Shown: positions 20,771-29,744 of the stretch, piece after piece
How positions within the stretch are numbered: the first letter of the stretch is position 1
How the letters are laid out: each line of letters starts with the position of its first letter
NCBI GenBank assembly: GCA_963758495.1
Contig: CAVWVI010000003.1
Coordinates: forward strand, 640,001 to 704,000
Origin: Oligoflexia bacterium
GTDB lineage: Bacteria; Bdellovibrionota; UBA1018
Direction: 5' to 3'
Length of the DNA: 64,000 nt
Notes under the pieces: model-generated
The model's database searches: none
What the model saw: only the letters and a program-made list of their open reading frames with translations
Told to the model about the DNA's origin: nothing
Translations under genes and position numbers: made by a program

Positions 20771-21271
20771 CTATGATTTTGTACGCTCAAGTCTTGTCAC
20801 ATCAACTTGAGCAGGAGTACCTATGCCGGACCAACTGGATTTCTCATAACCCTCGTCTCTGACTTTTTTCGAAGTTATTTCCGCTTCAACAATGGCATTA
20901 AAACCATTTTCTGCAGCAATAAAGGCAAGCCTCAGTATAGTTTCGTCCCGATCCTCGCAGTTATCAACCCGAGCGGTTTCCTTTGACTTTTTGAGCACTG
21001 GAACCGGTCTTCGTTGCGTATTAAAGAAAAAATAAAGACTTCGTGCCCGTTCCATGACCTCATTATAAGACTGGAGCTGAGGATCAACCTCTGCATCGTA
21101 ACACGGCGAACAATAATAGGTATGACTTAGCTCTTCTGGAAGATTTCTTAAAAACGAAAAAGTAGACGCCTCAAGAAATTGCACACACTCTTTACATACA
21201 AAATCTTGGCAAATCTCACAACTTAATGTAGCTTTTGGTCGACGACACGAAATACATACTTCTTGAAGCAT
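20771..21271 (-). CDS. Hypothetical protein with Cys-rich zinc-finger-like N-terminus and YbjQ-like C-terminus
   Basis: Four CxxC motifs; C-terminal LAFIAAENGFNAIV...GIGTPA. Confidence 0.6.
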   Translation of the reverse strand: MLQEVCISCRRPKATLSCEICQDFVCKECVQFLEASTFSFLRNLPEELSHTYYCSPCYDAEVDPQLQSYNEVMERARSLYFFFNTQRRPVPVLKKSKETARVDNCEDRDETILRLAFIAAENGFNAIVEAEITSKKVRDEGYEKSSWSGIGTPAQVDVTRLERTKS

Positions 21272-21380
21272 AATGACTCTTATCTATAGTTATTTCTAGC
21301 GATATAGCAAGAGCTGACTTAGAAAGTCAATATCTTAAAAAGGAGGCAATTAGAGCTGCCCAATTGCCCCCTAAACCTTG

Positions 21381-21935
21381 TTACTGAGTTTTATGCTGCT
21401 GAGTGAGTTCTAAAGTAATATCCCCAAACTGGGTGGTCATAACCTGTTTTACAGTCCCATCAATTACAACATCTCGTGTATTATCCCATATTTCAATATG
21501 ACTTACACTTTTTGTTTTAGCGACAATATGCAATGCCTTAAACGTCCCTGCTGGTACAGTGACTTCAGTATAATCTTGTGAAACAAGGACAGGCTTCTCA
21601 TCAGGAACTGACTCTTCCTTGCCATTATGAATTAATTTAAGTACTTTTGCTGAATCACGATCAAACAGAACATCTGTTTCATCTTCCTTTCCCATGGCAA
21701 CTACTTTTTCAGATAACCAAACACCATTCCCCTCTTCTTTGGTTACTTCCTTATGCATAGTTCCAAGACTTCCAAAGCTAGCATTTAAGTTATAATCGGA
21801 AGAATCCCCCACCTTCCACTTCAAGATCGACATTGGATCGATATTATATATTTGAGTCAAAGACTGACTAGCATTAGCTGCAAACCCCAGAAACAGCGAA
21901 AACATTATTAAAAAGCTTTTTTTCATAAATATCAT
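21381..21935 (-). CDS. Secreted hypothetical protein
   Basis: Signal peptide ending ANA; VTVPAGTF motif. Confidence 0.75.
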   Translation of the reverse strand: MIFMKKSFLIMFSLFLGFAANASQSLTQIYNIDPMSILKWKVGDSSDYNLNASFGSLGTMHKEVTKEEGNGVWLSEKVVAMGKEDETDVLFDRDSAKVLKLIHNGKEESVPDEKPVLVSQDYTEVTVPAGTFKALHIVAKTKSVSHIEIWDNTRDVVIDGTVKQVMTTQFGDITLELTQQHKTQ

Positions 21936-22049
21936 TTCTCCTTATCTCAATAATATAGTCGTTCGCTAAAATGACCATCAGCATAAAATAAGGATTTATA
22001 TTTATTTTGTATTTTAATTTCTTGTAATTATCCTTTTGGATTTACTTAC

Positions 22050-22598
22050 TTACTCATTCAATCCCGACTTCGCAGAAACTCCAATCTTCCCTGCAACATT
22101 TTCAGCAACTCGGAGGTGATTTTCCAATACCGGAAGTATAGTTACGGCTAATTCCTTTACTTTAGGATTTTTTGCATTTTCTGCAGTCTGCTGAACTTCG
22201 CGCACATCCTCCCTATGATCCTTCAGCATCATCTGAACATACTCCTTGTCAAGCGCTCTTCCTGTTTGTCCCTCAATCCTTTTTACCGCTGAAAGCTGTT
22301 GTGCATCTATCTTTGAAGGAAGAGTGGCCCCATTCTCAATGGCCCATTGTTTAAGTTGATCATTGAGCTTCGTATGATCCTCCACCATCATCTTGCCGAA
22401 CTCTTTTACTGATTTTGACATGGCTTTTTGTTCCGCAAGTTTTCCAAGTTGAACTTCCGCCATATTTCCCATAGCTAGTTTATTAACAAAGTCCATGTCG
22501 GTTTGAGTTAAATTCGAAGTCTGTGCAGCGAAAGCTGCACCTTTCATTAAAATAAGCCCTATCAAAAATCCATGAGTCGTAAATAATCGCATATACAT
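22050..22598 (-). CDS. DUF4142 (ferritin-like) exported protein
   Basis: Signal peptide; EVQLGKLA, VKEFGKMMVEDH, YVQMMLKDH, LPVLENHL. Confidence 0.88.
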   Translation of the reverse strand: MYMRLFTTHGFLIGLILMKGAAFAAQTSNLTQTDMDFVNKLAMGNMAEVQLGKLAEQKAMSKSVKEFGKMMVEDHTKLNDQLKQWAIENGATLPSKIDAQQLSAVKRIEGQTGRALDKEYVQMMLKDHREDVREVQQTAENAKNPKVKELAVTILPVLENHLRVAENVAGKIGVSAKSGLNE

Positions 22599-23107
22599 GG
22601 AGAAATGTCCTTCCTATTTGATTAGTTTGATGCGGGAGTTCTTTAAGTCATTCAGCAAAATGCTTTAGCAAAAAGAAGTCCAATTTTAAGTCTAAAAACA
22701 TAGCTCGTTAAAAAGTTTCAATCCATTCTGAATCTTAAAGCAGAATTCTATCCTAGACTCGTAGCAGGCTTACCAAAATCTTTAGTGGAACTTAACATTG
22801 AAAGTACTTACCTCCGAGTGAAAGAGTTTAAACGCTGGCAGAGAACCTTAGATCGCTTCAATCACTCACTATCGATAATAATGGATGTGGTGACGAGGTA
22901 ACCTACTTTAATTCAATTCATGTTAGAGTTTATTTAAAAATGAGATATTAAAGTGAAAAAATTTCACTGATTGCTTCAATAGTTTTTAAAGAATAATGAC
23001 CCCTTCAAAACGGCTGCCCTATTCAGAGCCGCTCCACCTTACGCACACCCCTTGCAAGTTAAATGAGTAATCTCAACATCATTTAATTTAAAAGGAGAAA
23101 ACAAAGT

Positions 23108-23971
23108 ATGTCTTTAGCAAACAAGAACAAATACAAATGGATATGGAAAGGAACATTAGCAACTTCCATACTCAGCCTGGCTGCTATTGCCTTCGCTCAA
23201 GAAAACATGCCAAACCAACCGGGTACTACTCCCGCAAGCCGACCAGGAATACCTAGCACTAGACCTTCGCCATCTGGAACTCCATCTACAACTTCACCTT
23301 CAGAAATGGTTTCACAACGAGAAGTCTACGAAGCCAATCTTCAATCATTAAATACGAATACTGCAACTCCAGTAACTGGAGCAGTACGATTCGTAGTTGA
23401 TGGAAGCAATGTAGGAATAGATCTTCAAGCCTCAGGACTAGCGCCTGACATGGCACATATACAAAATATTCGCGCCGGCAACACTTGTCCAGATTTGAGC
23501 GCCGATAAAAATGGAGACGGGATTATCGATAGTATAGAAGCAAGTAAAGTAGCCGGCCCTCCTGCCTTTATGCTCACTTTAAAGCCTCAACAAGGCGACA
23601 ATATTACTTTGTCCAGCACAACACAACTGGCAAACTACCCCGTATCTTCCTCGAGTGGTGATTTATTCTATATTAACTCATTTCCAGCAGCCATGGTCAC
23701 CACAGCATTAAATTCTCAGAGCCCCACTACCGGAAGTAGCACCCCCGGAACGATTGGCGCTCCAGGAACTACGGAAACACCCACCAGTCCCACAGGCTCT
23801 ACTTCCAGTTCAAATACTGAATCTAAGGTGAACTTGGAAAATCATTTAGTTTTTATTCATGGAGTTGCCCCAAACACTTCCTTACCTAGCACAGTCCAAA
23901 GTGAAAATGGGCTTTCAGCAACAGACACGATTCCTGTTGCATGTGGCGTGATTGTCCGAGTCACCCAGTAA
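23108..23971 (+). CDS. Exported protein, Cu/Zn-SOD-like fold lacking canonical His ligands
   Basis: Signal peptide AFA; ASGLAPDMAHIQNI, DKNGDGIID, VFIHGV, C-terminal PVACGVI. Confidence 0.5.
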   Translation: MSLANKNKYKWIWKGTLATSILSLAAIAFAQENMPNQPGTTPASRPGIPSTRPSPSGTPSTTSPSEMVSQREVYEANLQSLNTNTATPVTGAVRFVVDGSNVGIDLQASGLAPDMAHIQNIRAGNTCPDLSADKNGDGIIDSIEASKVAGPPAFMLTLKPQQGDNITLSSTTQLANYPVSSSSGDLFYINSFPAAMVTTALNSQSPTTGSSTPGTIGAPGTTETPTSPTGSTSSSNTESKVNLENHLVFIHGVAPNTSLPSTVQSENGLSATDTIPVACGVIVRVTQ

Positions 23972-24014
23972 TTGAAGCAAAATTCTTTAGAAAAGCTCAA
24001 TTATTGTTCCATTA

Positions 24015-24050
24015 CAGGCCCTAGAAAGAACATTCCTAGGGCCTGAATTT
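24015..24050. terminator. Hairpin terminator between convergent genes
   Basis: CAGGCCCTAG...CTAGGGCCTG inverted repeat. Confidence 0.65.
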
Positions 24051-24078
24051 TATAATATTTATACGCAATTTCACTCCC

Positions 24079-24615
24079 CTAATTCGCCGATGCACTTTGC
24101 CCATAAAGTATACCGTTAACTATCAAATAGCCCGACTCATGCCCCCTCGAAGAGGGATTTTTATGTACCCAATGCATAATAGCACCTGCTGGAGAGGCTG
24201 AATAAGACACGGTATTAGCGGTTGATGTTATATAATCACCACAAGCCTCTACTATCATTCCCAATGAAAGCTCAGGTAAAACACCAAAGCTTTCGTTGTA
24301 AACAATCTCTAAAGTATCTTCATCTACTGGTCCTAGCCGAATTTCGAAATGCTGGTGGCCATTTTTATTTTTATAAATCTGCTCAATAACCCCTTGCACA
24401 TGTGCACGTGCTCTGAATTGATTTTGAGTTGTATGCTTCCAGTTCAAAACCTGTTCATCATTCGTCGGAATTACAACTCCTCGATCAAGGCAATTAGGGC
24501 CTACTTGAGAGGCGAAAGCAGAATTCACCATCAAAACTAGAATAAAACTAAAAGTAGAAATCACACATATACAGTGACTTTGCAATCTTCTTGACTCCAT
24601 TTTTCTTCCCCCCAT
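24079..24615 (-). CDS. DUF3465-like exported OB-fold protein
   Basis: HQHFEIRL, IMHWVH, GHESGYLIVNG. Confidence 0.7.
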   Translation of the reverse strand: MGGRKMESRRLQSHCICVISTFSFILVLMVNSAFASQVGPNCLDRGVVIPTNDEQVLNWKHTTQNQFRARAHVQGVIEQIYKNKNGHQHFEIRLGPVDEDTLEIVYNESFGVLPELSLGMIVEACGDYITSTANTVSYSASPAGAIMHWVHKNPSSRGHESGYLIVNGILYGQSASAN

Positions 24616-24785
24616 TTACCTATATAAACTTCACAACAGTACCTTGAGAAAACCTATTAGAAAAGAGGGATTAAAAAAAATAAATAATACACTAAGAAGT
24701 CTAACCACCTATATTTGGACTCATCATATTAGAATCACCTAAAATCCTTGTTGAATCCCATTTTGCTCATCCTTTACTGTTTTTC

Positions 24786-24886
24786 GTAAGTAGTTCCTTT
24801 AGGGGTGTTGATTAGCACGATAAGGAGTCCTGCTGCGCCGTAAAGATTTGAATTCCCGGCGCAACAGGACCCCTTATCGTGCTTAC
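24786..24886 (-). mobile_element. 101-nt palindromic miniature element with perfect 8-bp TSD
   Basis: GTAAGTAG...GTGCTTAC flanked by TGTTTTTC at 24778-24785 and 24887-24894. Confidence 0.93.
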
Positions 24887-24973
24887 TGTTTTTCTATCTT
24901 CTAGTTGCGTAGTACTACACTAAAGGATAAGTGATGTCTTAATAAAATCTTCGAATTCGAAGTAGGAGGCAGT

Positions 24974-26689
24974 GTGATTCTTTTAAATCCAAAAAGGCAC
25001 GTACGTGAGTACCCTGACTCTCAATCCCGAGAGATCATGCTCAAAACGATCGCATTCTTCGAGTCTCGAGGCAAAAAACGACTTAAGCATGATGATCATG
25101 AAAGGATTTGGTACGCTGATTTTCTAGAATTTGTAAAAAAAGAAAAGATTTTTGCTACTCTGATGACACCCTCTTCCTACGGATCGCCTGACTCTCGTTG
25201 GGACACTTGGCGGATTTGTGAATTTAATGAAATCCTTGGCTTTTACGGACTTAACTATTGGTATACCTGGCAAGTTTCCATGCTCGGATTAGGTCCTATT
25301 TGGATGGGCCAAAACGAAGAAGTAAAGAAAAAAACTGCAAAACTGCTACAAGACGGAGGTATATTTGCCTTTGGCTTATCCGAAAAGGAGCATGGTGCAG
25401 ATCTATACTCAAGCGAAATGCGCCTTGAAAAACAGGAAAATGGCCAGTTCCTCGCCAATGGTCGTAAATATTATATTGGGAACGCGAATAAAGCCTCCCT
25501 CGTTTCAACTTTCGGAAAAATTGCAAATACCGATGACTATGTTTTTTTTGTCGTAGATTCTCAGCATAAAAACTACGAATGCGTAAAAAATACAGTAAAC
25601 TCTCAAAATTACGTTGCTGAGTATGCATTGCATAATTATCCTATCACAGAAGTTGATATTTTAACCCAAGGCAGGGCCGCGTGGGATTCCTCTTTGAACA
25701 CGATAAATATTTGCAAGTTCAACTTAGGTTGGGCTTCCATCGGCATCTGTACTCACTCCTTTTATGAAGCGATCAATCATGCTTCTAAGCGAAATCTTTT
25801 TGATCATTATGTAACTGACTTCCCCCATGTTAAGCAACTCTTTGTAGACGCTTATTCACGCCTGGTGGCTATGAAGTTATTTGCACTTCGAGCGGCAGAC
25901 TATATGCGCTCAGCTTCTTCTGAGGACCGCCGTTATCTACTCTATAATCCAATGGTTAAAATGAAAGTGACAACCCAGGGAGAAGAAGTCATTAATCATC
26001 TTTGGGATGTGATCGCTGCAAAAGGATTCGAAAAGGATATGTATTTCGAAATAGCAGCAAGAGATATTAGAGCTCTCCCTAAATTGGAAGGCACTGTTCA
26101 CGTCAACATGGCTCTTATCATCAAGTTCATGCAAAATTATTTCTTTAAACCAGCCAAACTCCCCTCTATCCCTAAGAGGGATGACCCTAAAAATGATGAA
26201 TTTCTTTTTCATCAAGGTCAAACAAAAGGATTGGGAAAAATCCGTTTTCATGACTACCGTATAGCCTATAACAGCGTCAATTTACCCAATGTAGAAGTTT
26301 TTAAAAAGCAGATTAAGATTTTAAAAGGTCTACTTGTGCTTGCTCGTCCAAGTAAAGATCAGACTCAAGATTTTGATTTCTTACTCATATTAGGTGAACT
26401 CTTCACCCTAGTTGCTTATGGTCAACTTATTATTGAAAATTCAAAAATTTATAAAATTGACGATGACTTGCTTGATCAAATATTTGATTTCATGGTGCGA
26501 GATTTCTCTAAATTTGCACTCCAACTCTACTCCAAAACGAGTAGTACACGCATCCAAATGTTCCTTTCTTCTCGAATGATCCAAAAACCTATTGGAAATC
26601 CAAAACGCTTTGAAAAAATCTGGACGGAACAAGTATATGCACTTAGAGAAAAGTATACAATGAACGAAGAACCCTCTACCATTCCTTAG
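24974..26689 (+). CDS. Acyl-CoA dehydrogenase family protein
   Basis: FAFGLSEKEHGAD, NGRKYYIGNA, PKLEGT; AGGAGG RBS. Confidence 0.9.
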   Translation: MILLNPKRHVREYPDSQSREIMLKTIAFFESRGKKRLKHDDHERIWYADFLEFVKKEKIFATLMTPSSYGSPDSRWDTWRICEFNEILGFYGLNYWYTWQVSMLGLGPIWMGQNEEVKKKTAKLLQDGGIFAFGLSEKEHGADLYSSEMRLEKQENGQFLANGRKYYIGNANKASLVSTFGKIANTDDYVFFVVDSQHKNYECVKNTVNSQNYVAEYALHNYPITEVDILTQGRAAWDSSLNTINICKFNLGWASIGICTHSFYEAINHASKRNLFDHYVTDFPHVKQLFVDAYSRLVAMKLFALRAADYMRSASSEDRRYLLYNPMVKMKVTTQGEEVINHLWDVIAAKGFEKDMYFEIAARDIRALPKLEGTVHVNMALIIKFMQNYFFKPAKLPSIPKRDDPKNDEFLFHQGQTKGLGKIRFHDYRIAYNSVNLPNVEVFKKQIKILKGLLVLARPSKDQTQDFDFLLILGELFTLVAYGQLIIENSKIYKIDDDLLDQIFDFMVRDFSKFALQLYSKTSSTRIQMFLSSRMIQKPIGNPKRFEKIWTEQVYALREKYTMNEEPSTIP

Positions 26690-26729
26690 AAGTTATATGT
26701 AATTCTAACTACTAACGAAAATAGTAAAA

Positions 26730-27230
26730 ATGAGTAAAAAATATATACCTATATTTCTGTTAGTTTGTCTCATCTTCTTATTGAACTTCCTAGGGTGTTC
26801 AAATCATACTTTTAAAGACGCTGCACCCACTATTGGCGATCAAAAAACTAAACAGGAAGACATTTCCCTTACTCCGTCATCTTCTACCGCTCTACTAGAA
26901 CAGAACAAGAAAGAAATTGAAGCTCAAATTACAATTCAAGGTTCTTGCGTTATCATGAGACCACCCAGTCCTGACGAATCTCAACTGATGCCATGTAATA
27001 AGTCTGCCTTGCAACTGGTCTATCAGAAAAACCAGCAACTTATTATTACAGTGATCCGTACTCAAGAAGATGGAAAATTCGCAATTGTAATACCAAAGAC
27101 TTCACCTTGGAAGCTCACTTCAGCTACGACAAATTGGCAAGCAGAAGTGGAATTGCTAGGCAATCATAATGGCAGTAATAAAGTGATTGTTATTCTCAAG
27201 CCTGAGAAGGTTTTAAAAATAATAAAGTAG
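26730..27230 (+). CDS. Hypothetical lipoprotein
   Basis: Lipobox FLGC after a hydrophobic stretch. Confidence 0.65.
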   Translation: MSKKYIPIFLLVCLIFLLNFLGCSNHTFKDAAPTIGDQKTKQEDISLTPSSSTALLEQNKKEIEAQITIQGSCVIMRPPSPDESQLMPCNKSALQLVYQKNQQLIITVIRTQEDGKFAIVIPKTSPWKLTSATTNWQAEVELLGNHNGSNKVIVILKPEKVLKIIK

Positions 27231-27356
27231 CTCTTCACTTCATACATCCAAGGGTCTTATTCAGGGAGTATCCTATCGGCACTGCTGGATCATCTGGCGA
27301 GCTGATGGTTACAGCTATTCACTTATAGCGTAAAAAGAAAAGAGGAGTGGGAATCA

Positions 27357-27428
27357 GGGGCTCGCTACGCGTCCTGTGCTATCCATCCTCGCCTGAAGGC
27401 CGAGGTTTCCCGCGCATAAACGATGAAA
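27357..27428. mobile_element. Probable IS200/IS605-family end remnant
   Basis: GCTACGCGTCC-TGTGCTATCCATCCTCGCCTGAAGGCCGAGGTTTCCCGCGC resembles subterminal hairpin ends of IS200/IS605 elements (recognised from memory, not searched); no tnpA/tnpB nearby. Confidence 0.5.
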
Positions 27429-27437
27429 CCTAAGTCC

Positions 27438-27513
27438 ATAAACATTAAATCGAGCTCTGTTGCAGCGTAAAGATTCCGTCTTTCGCTACTACAGAGCTCG
27501 ATTTAATGCTTAC
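27438..27513. repeat. 76-nt palindrome related to the GTAAG...CTTAC element family
   Basis: 18-bp perfect stem CATTAAATCGAGCTCTGT/ACAGAGCTCGATTTAATG, ends in GCTTAC, shares CTGTTGCnnCGTAAAGATT core. Confidence 0.65.
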
Positions 27514-27535
27514 GCTGTATTTTCACTTCTAAAAA

Positions 27536-29110
27536 TTATATCCCTAATACACCACAACCTAAACCTGTACAGCTGGGGGTAGGGCTAGCTGAGGGTACTG
27601 GTGTTGGCGTTGGTGTTGGTGTTGGTGTTGGTGTTGGTGTTGGCGTTGGTGTTGGTGTTGGTGTTGGTGTTGGTGTTGGTGTTGGTGTTGGTGTTGGTGT
27701 TGGTGTTGGTGTTGGTGTTGGCGTTGGTGTTGGTGTTGGTGTTGGTGTTGGTGTTGGTGTTGGTGTTGGTGTTGGTGTTGGTGTTGGTGTTGGTGTTGGT
27801 GTTGGTGTTGGTGTTGGTGTTGGTGTTGGTGTTGGTGTTGGTGTTGGTGTTGGTGTTGGTGTTGGTGTTGGTGTTGGTGTTGGTGTTGGTGTTGGTGTTG
27901 GTGTTGGTGTTGGTGTTGGCGTTGGTGTTGGTGTTGGTGTTGGTGTTGGTGTTGGTGTTGGTGTTGGTGTTGGTGTTGGCGTTGGTGTTGGCGTTGGTGT
28001 TGGTGTTGGTGTTGGCGTTGGCGTTGGTGTAGTACCTGCCTTTACACAATAATTGACGTCTATTAAATCTGACGACCCTAAAAAAGAATCCTGTACTGTT
28101 ATTTGATTCAAACTTGCGTTGAAAGTAAACTCAACGCTTGAGTCATTGCTTATAGATACTTTCAATGAATCTGGATCTATCCCAGAATGTGCAAGGGTAT
28201 AAATAGAAGAATTTTCTGTCAATTGATTTGCAATGAGATCTCCTATCTTAACCAAGGCATCATCCCAGCTAGACTGGTTCATATCCACATAATGACCTTT
28301 GCATAATTGAATTAAAGATAAAAAACTGTTTGGTTCATTTGATGAATTACTCGCACCACCGTTAAACCAAGAGTAATCCCAAAAGTGAGAAAACCCTTTA
28401 AAGAAAATTCCAGTCGCGATGACTAAACCGCTTACATTGAGTGCATCTATTTTATCTTGAAGCCAAGTAGGGATTTTCGATTGATCGTCTTGACTACATC
28501 TATGTCCTTTTTCAGATAAAAGAATAACAGCAAGTTTCGAACCCACTCTGAAAAATAAGGAGGGACTCATTGGATTCAATTGACCTGATTCGAGCTTGTA
28601 AACGAGAAACCCATCTTGAGAGGACTTTTGATACCCATTACGATCATCTTCTTGATGTGTATCAAATGTTAAATTCCTTCTTTCCGAATTCCCTATATCT
28701 TTGTCGTTATCAGAATGGGCATGGTCGCGTCCACAACCGAAATCGTCATGATGATCATCGTCCCGATCCCAACCTTCATGATCACCTCTATGTTTATGGT
28801 GCACCTGAACAAACCCTACTTCATAGTCGACTCCAGCAGGTAATTGACTAGTCAGTGAGTTGAGATCTTGTAGAACCTCTTTTTCTTGCATTTGAAGCGA
28901 CTGATAAGACTCTACAACAAAGAGCAAATCCAGCTTGGTTCCGATAAGAGTAGGATTGAACTGCTCTTGGTAGCAATTGCGACTAGAATTCACATTGCAT
29001 GTAGCATTGGGATTTTGAGAAACTGAAGGCAATACATTTTGACTTCCCGTCAACATTAAAACAAGAATCCAAGATAGAATTTTATTTTGAAGTCTTAAAA
29101 AAGATTTCAT
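27536..29110 (-). CDS. Exported degenerate VWA-like protein with His/Asp-rich insert, long Pro-Thr stalk and C-terminal [11 protein letters not shown] tail
   Basis: [10 protein letters not shown] (cf. DLLWVVDNS in 38992-40761), [20 protein letters not shown] Ig-like segment, ~72 PT units. Confidence 0.65.
   Translation of the reverse strand: MKSFLRLQNKILSWILVLMLTGSQNVLPSVSQNPNATCNVNSSRNCYQEQFNPTLIGTKLDLLFVVESYQSLQMQEKEVLQDLNSLTSQLPAGVDYEVGFVQVHHKHRGDHEGWDRDDDHHDDFGCGRDHAHSDNDKDIGNSERRNLTFDTHQEDDRNGYQKSSQDGFLVYKLESGQLNPMSPSLFFRVGSKLAVILLSEKGHRCSQDDQSKIPTWLQDKIDALNVSGLVIATGIFFKGFSHFWDYSWFNGGASNSSNEPNSFLSLIQLCKGHYVDMNQSSWDDALVKIGDLIANQLTENSSIYTLAHSGIDPDSLKVSISNDSSVEFTFNASLNQITVQDSFLGSSDLIDVNYCVKAGTTPTPTPTPTPTPTPTPTPTPTPTPTPTPTPTPTPTPTPTPTPTPTPTPTPTPTPTPTPTPTPTPTPTPTPTPTPTPTPTPTPTPTPTPTPTPTPTPTPTPTPTPTPTPTPTPTPTPTPTPTPTPTPTPTPTPTPTPTPTPTPTPVPSASPTPSCTGLGCGVLGI
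27599..28030. repeat. (GGTGTT)n-dominated hexamer repeat, ~72 units
   Basis: 432-nt tract with rare GGCGTT variants. Confidence 0.95.
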
Positions 29111-29234
29111 AATACCTCCAAACTCGTCTAATATTTATATACTCATACTGTATATTAATATTTCAAACACAGACATGAAAATATTACCAAGGAACTCTTG
29201 CCAATTTAATAAACTGTTAATATAAATTAATGTA

Positions 29235-29732
29235 CTAATCTTTGAATTTTGGGAATTTAGGAACTGATGACCATCTTAATTGATAATGCCACAAGCGAGC
29301 AGCATAGTTAACACCTATTACTGATGCATGAGTTGATGTACTTTGTTTAGAAGCACCATCATATAGATTAAGATCAACAACACTTCGAATGACAAACTTA
29401 AGTCCATCCTCTTTTTGATGAGAGATCAAAGTACACCCACTCTCAGTGGGACACTGTATCTTTCCACTCACTAGGGAAAATCGATCGAAACAAACGGCTT
29501 GTATAAGCTCCCAGTTTACAACTTTACCGTTCCCCTTGGCGTCAGCATAGAAAACTGTACCCGGAGGATGAGGAGGAAGTTCAATGGGTTTCCAGATTTG
29601 ATTTTTTGATTCCCAGATCCACGTAAAATCTGAAATCTTTCCAGAAGTATGCATTTGGTCATACTCTTCAGAAGTAAAGGGGCCATAAGATTTTCCAAAT
29701 TTACCAAGAAATATCTCGCTTTTTTCAATCAT
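29235..29732 (-). CDS. GYF_2 (DUF4339)-domain protein with possible PilZ-like C-terminus
   Basis: GKSYGPFT...SGKISDFTWIW...WKPI GYF_2 pattern followed by PPHPP. Confidence 0.6.
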   Translation of the reverse strand: MIEKSEIFLGKFGKSYGPFTSEEYDQMHTSGKISDFTWIWESKNQIWKPIELPPHPPGTVFYADAKGNGKVVNWELIQAVCFDRFSLVSGKIQCPTESGCTLISHQKEDGLKFVIRSVVDLNLYDGASKQSTSTHASVIGVNYAARLWHYQLRWSSVPKFPKFKD

Positions 29733-29744
29733 AACATCCCCTAT

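Noticed and set aside
22664..22684. Possible sigma-54 promoter (GG-N10-GC) upstream of the DUF4142 gene
   Set aside because: Poor match to TGGCAC-N5-TTGC; expected by chance
22704..22901. Start-less frame containing LPKSLVELNIES (LRR-like) and a loose inverted repeat
   Set aside because: No start codon, only one weak motif and an imperfect repeat; cannot support a call
4820..24886. Repeated palindromes as a CRISPR array
   Set aside because: Copies are kilobases apart, in both orientations, with TSDs and no spacer periodicity; no cas genes in the window
27585..28049. Poly-NT and poly-LV ORFs
   Set aside because: Alternative frames of the PT microsatellite
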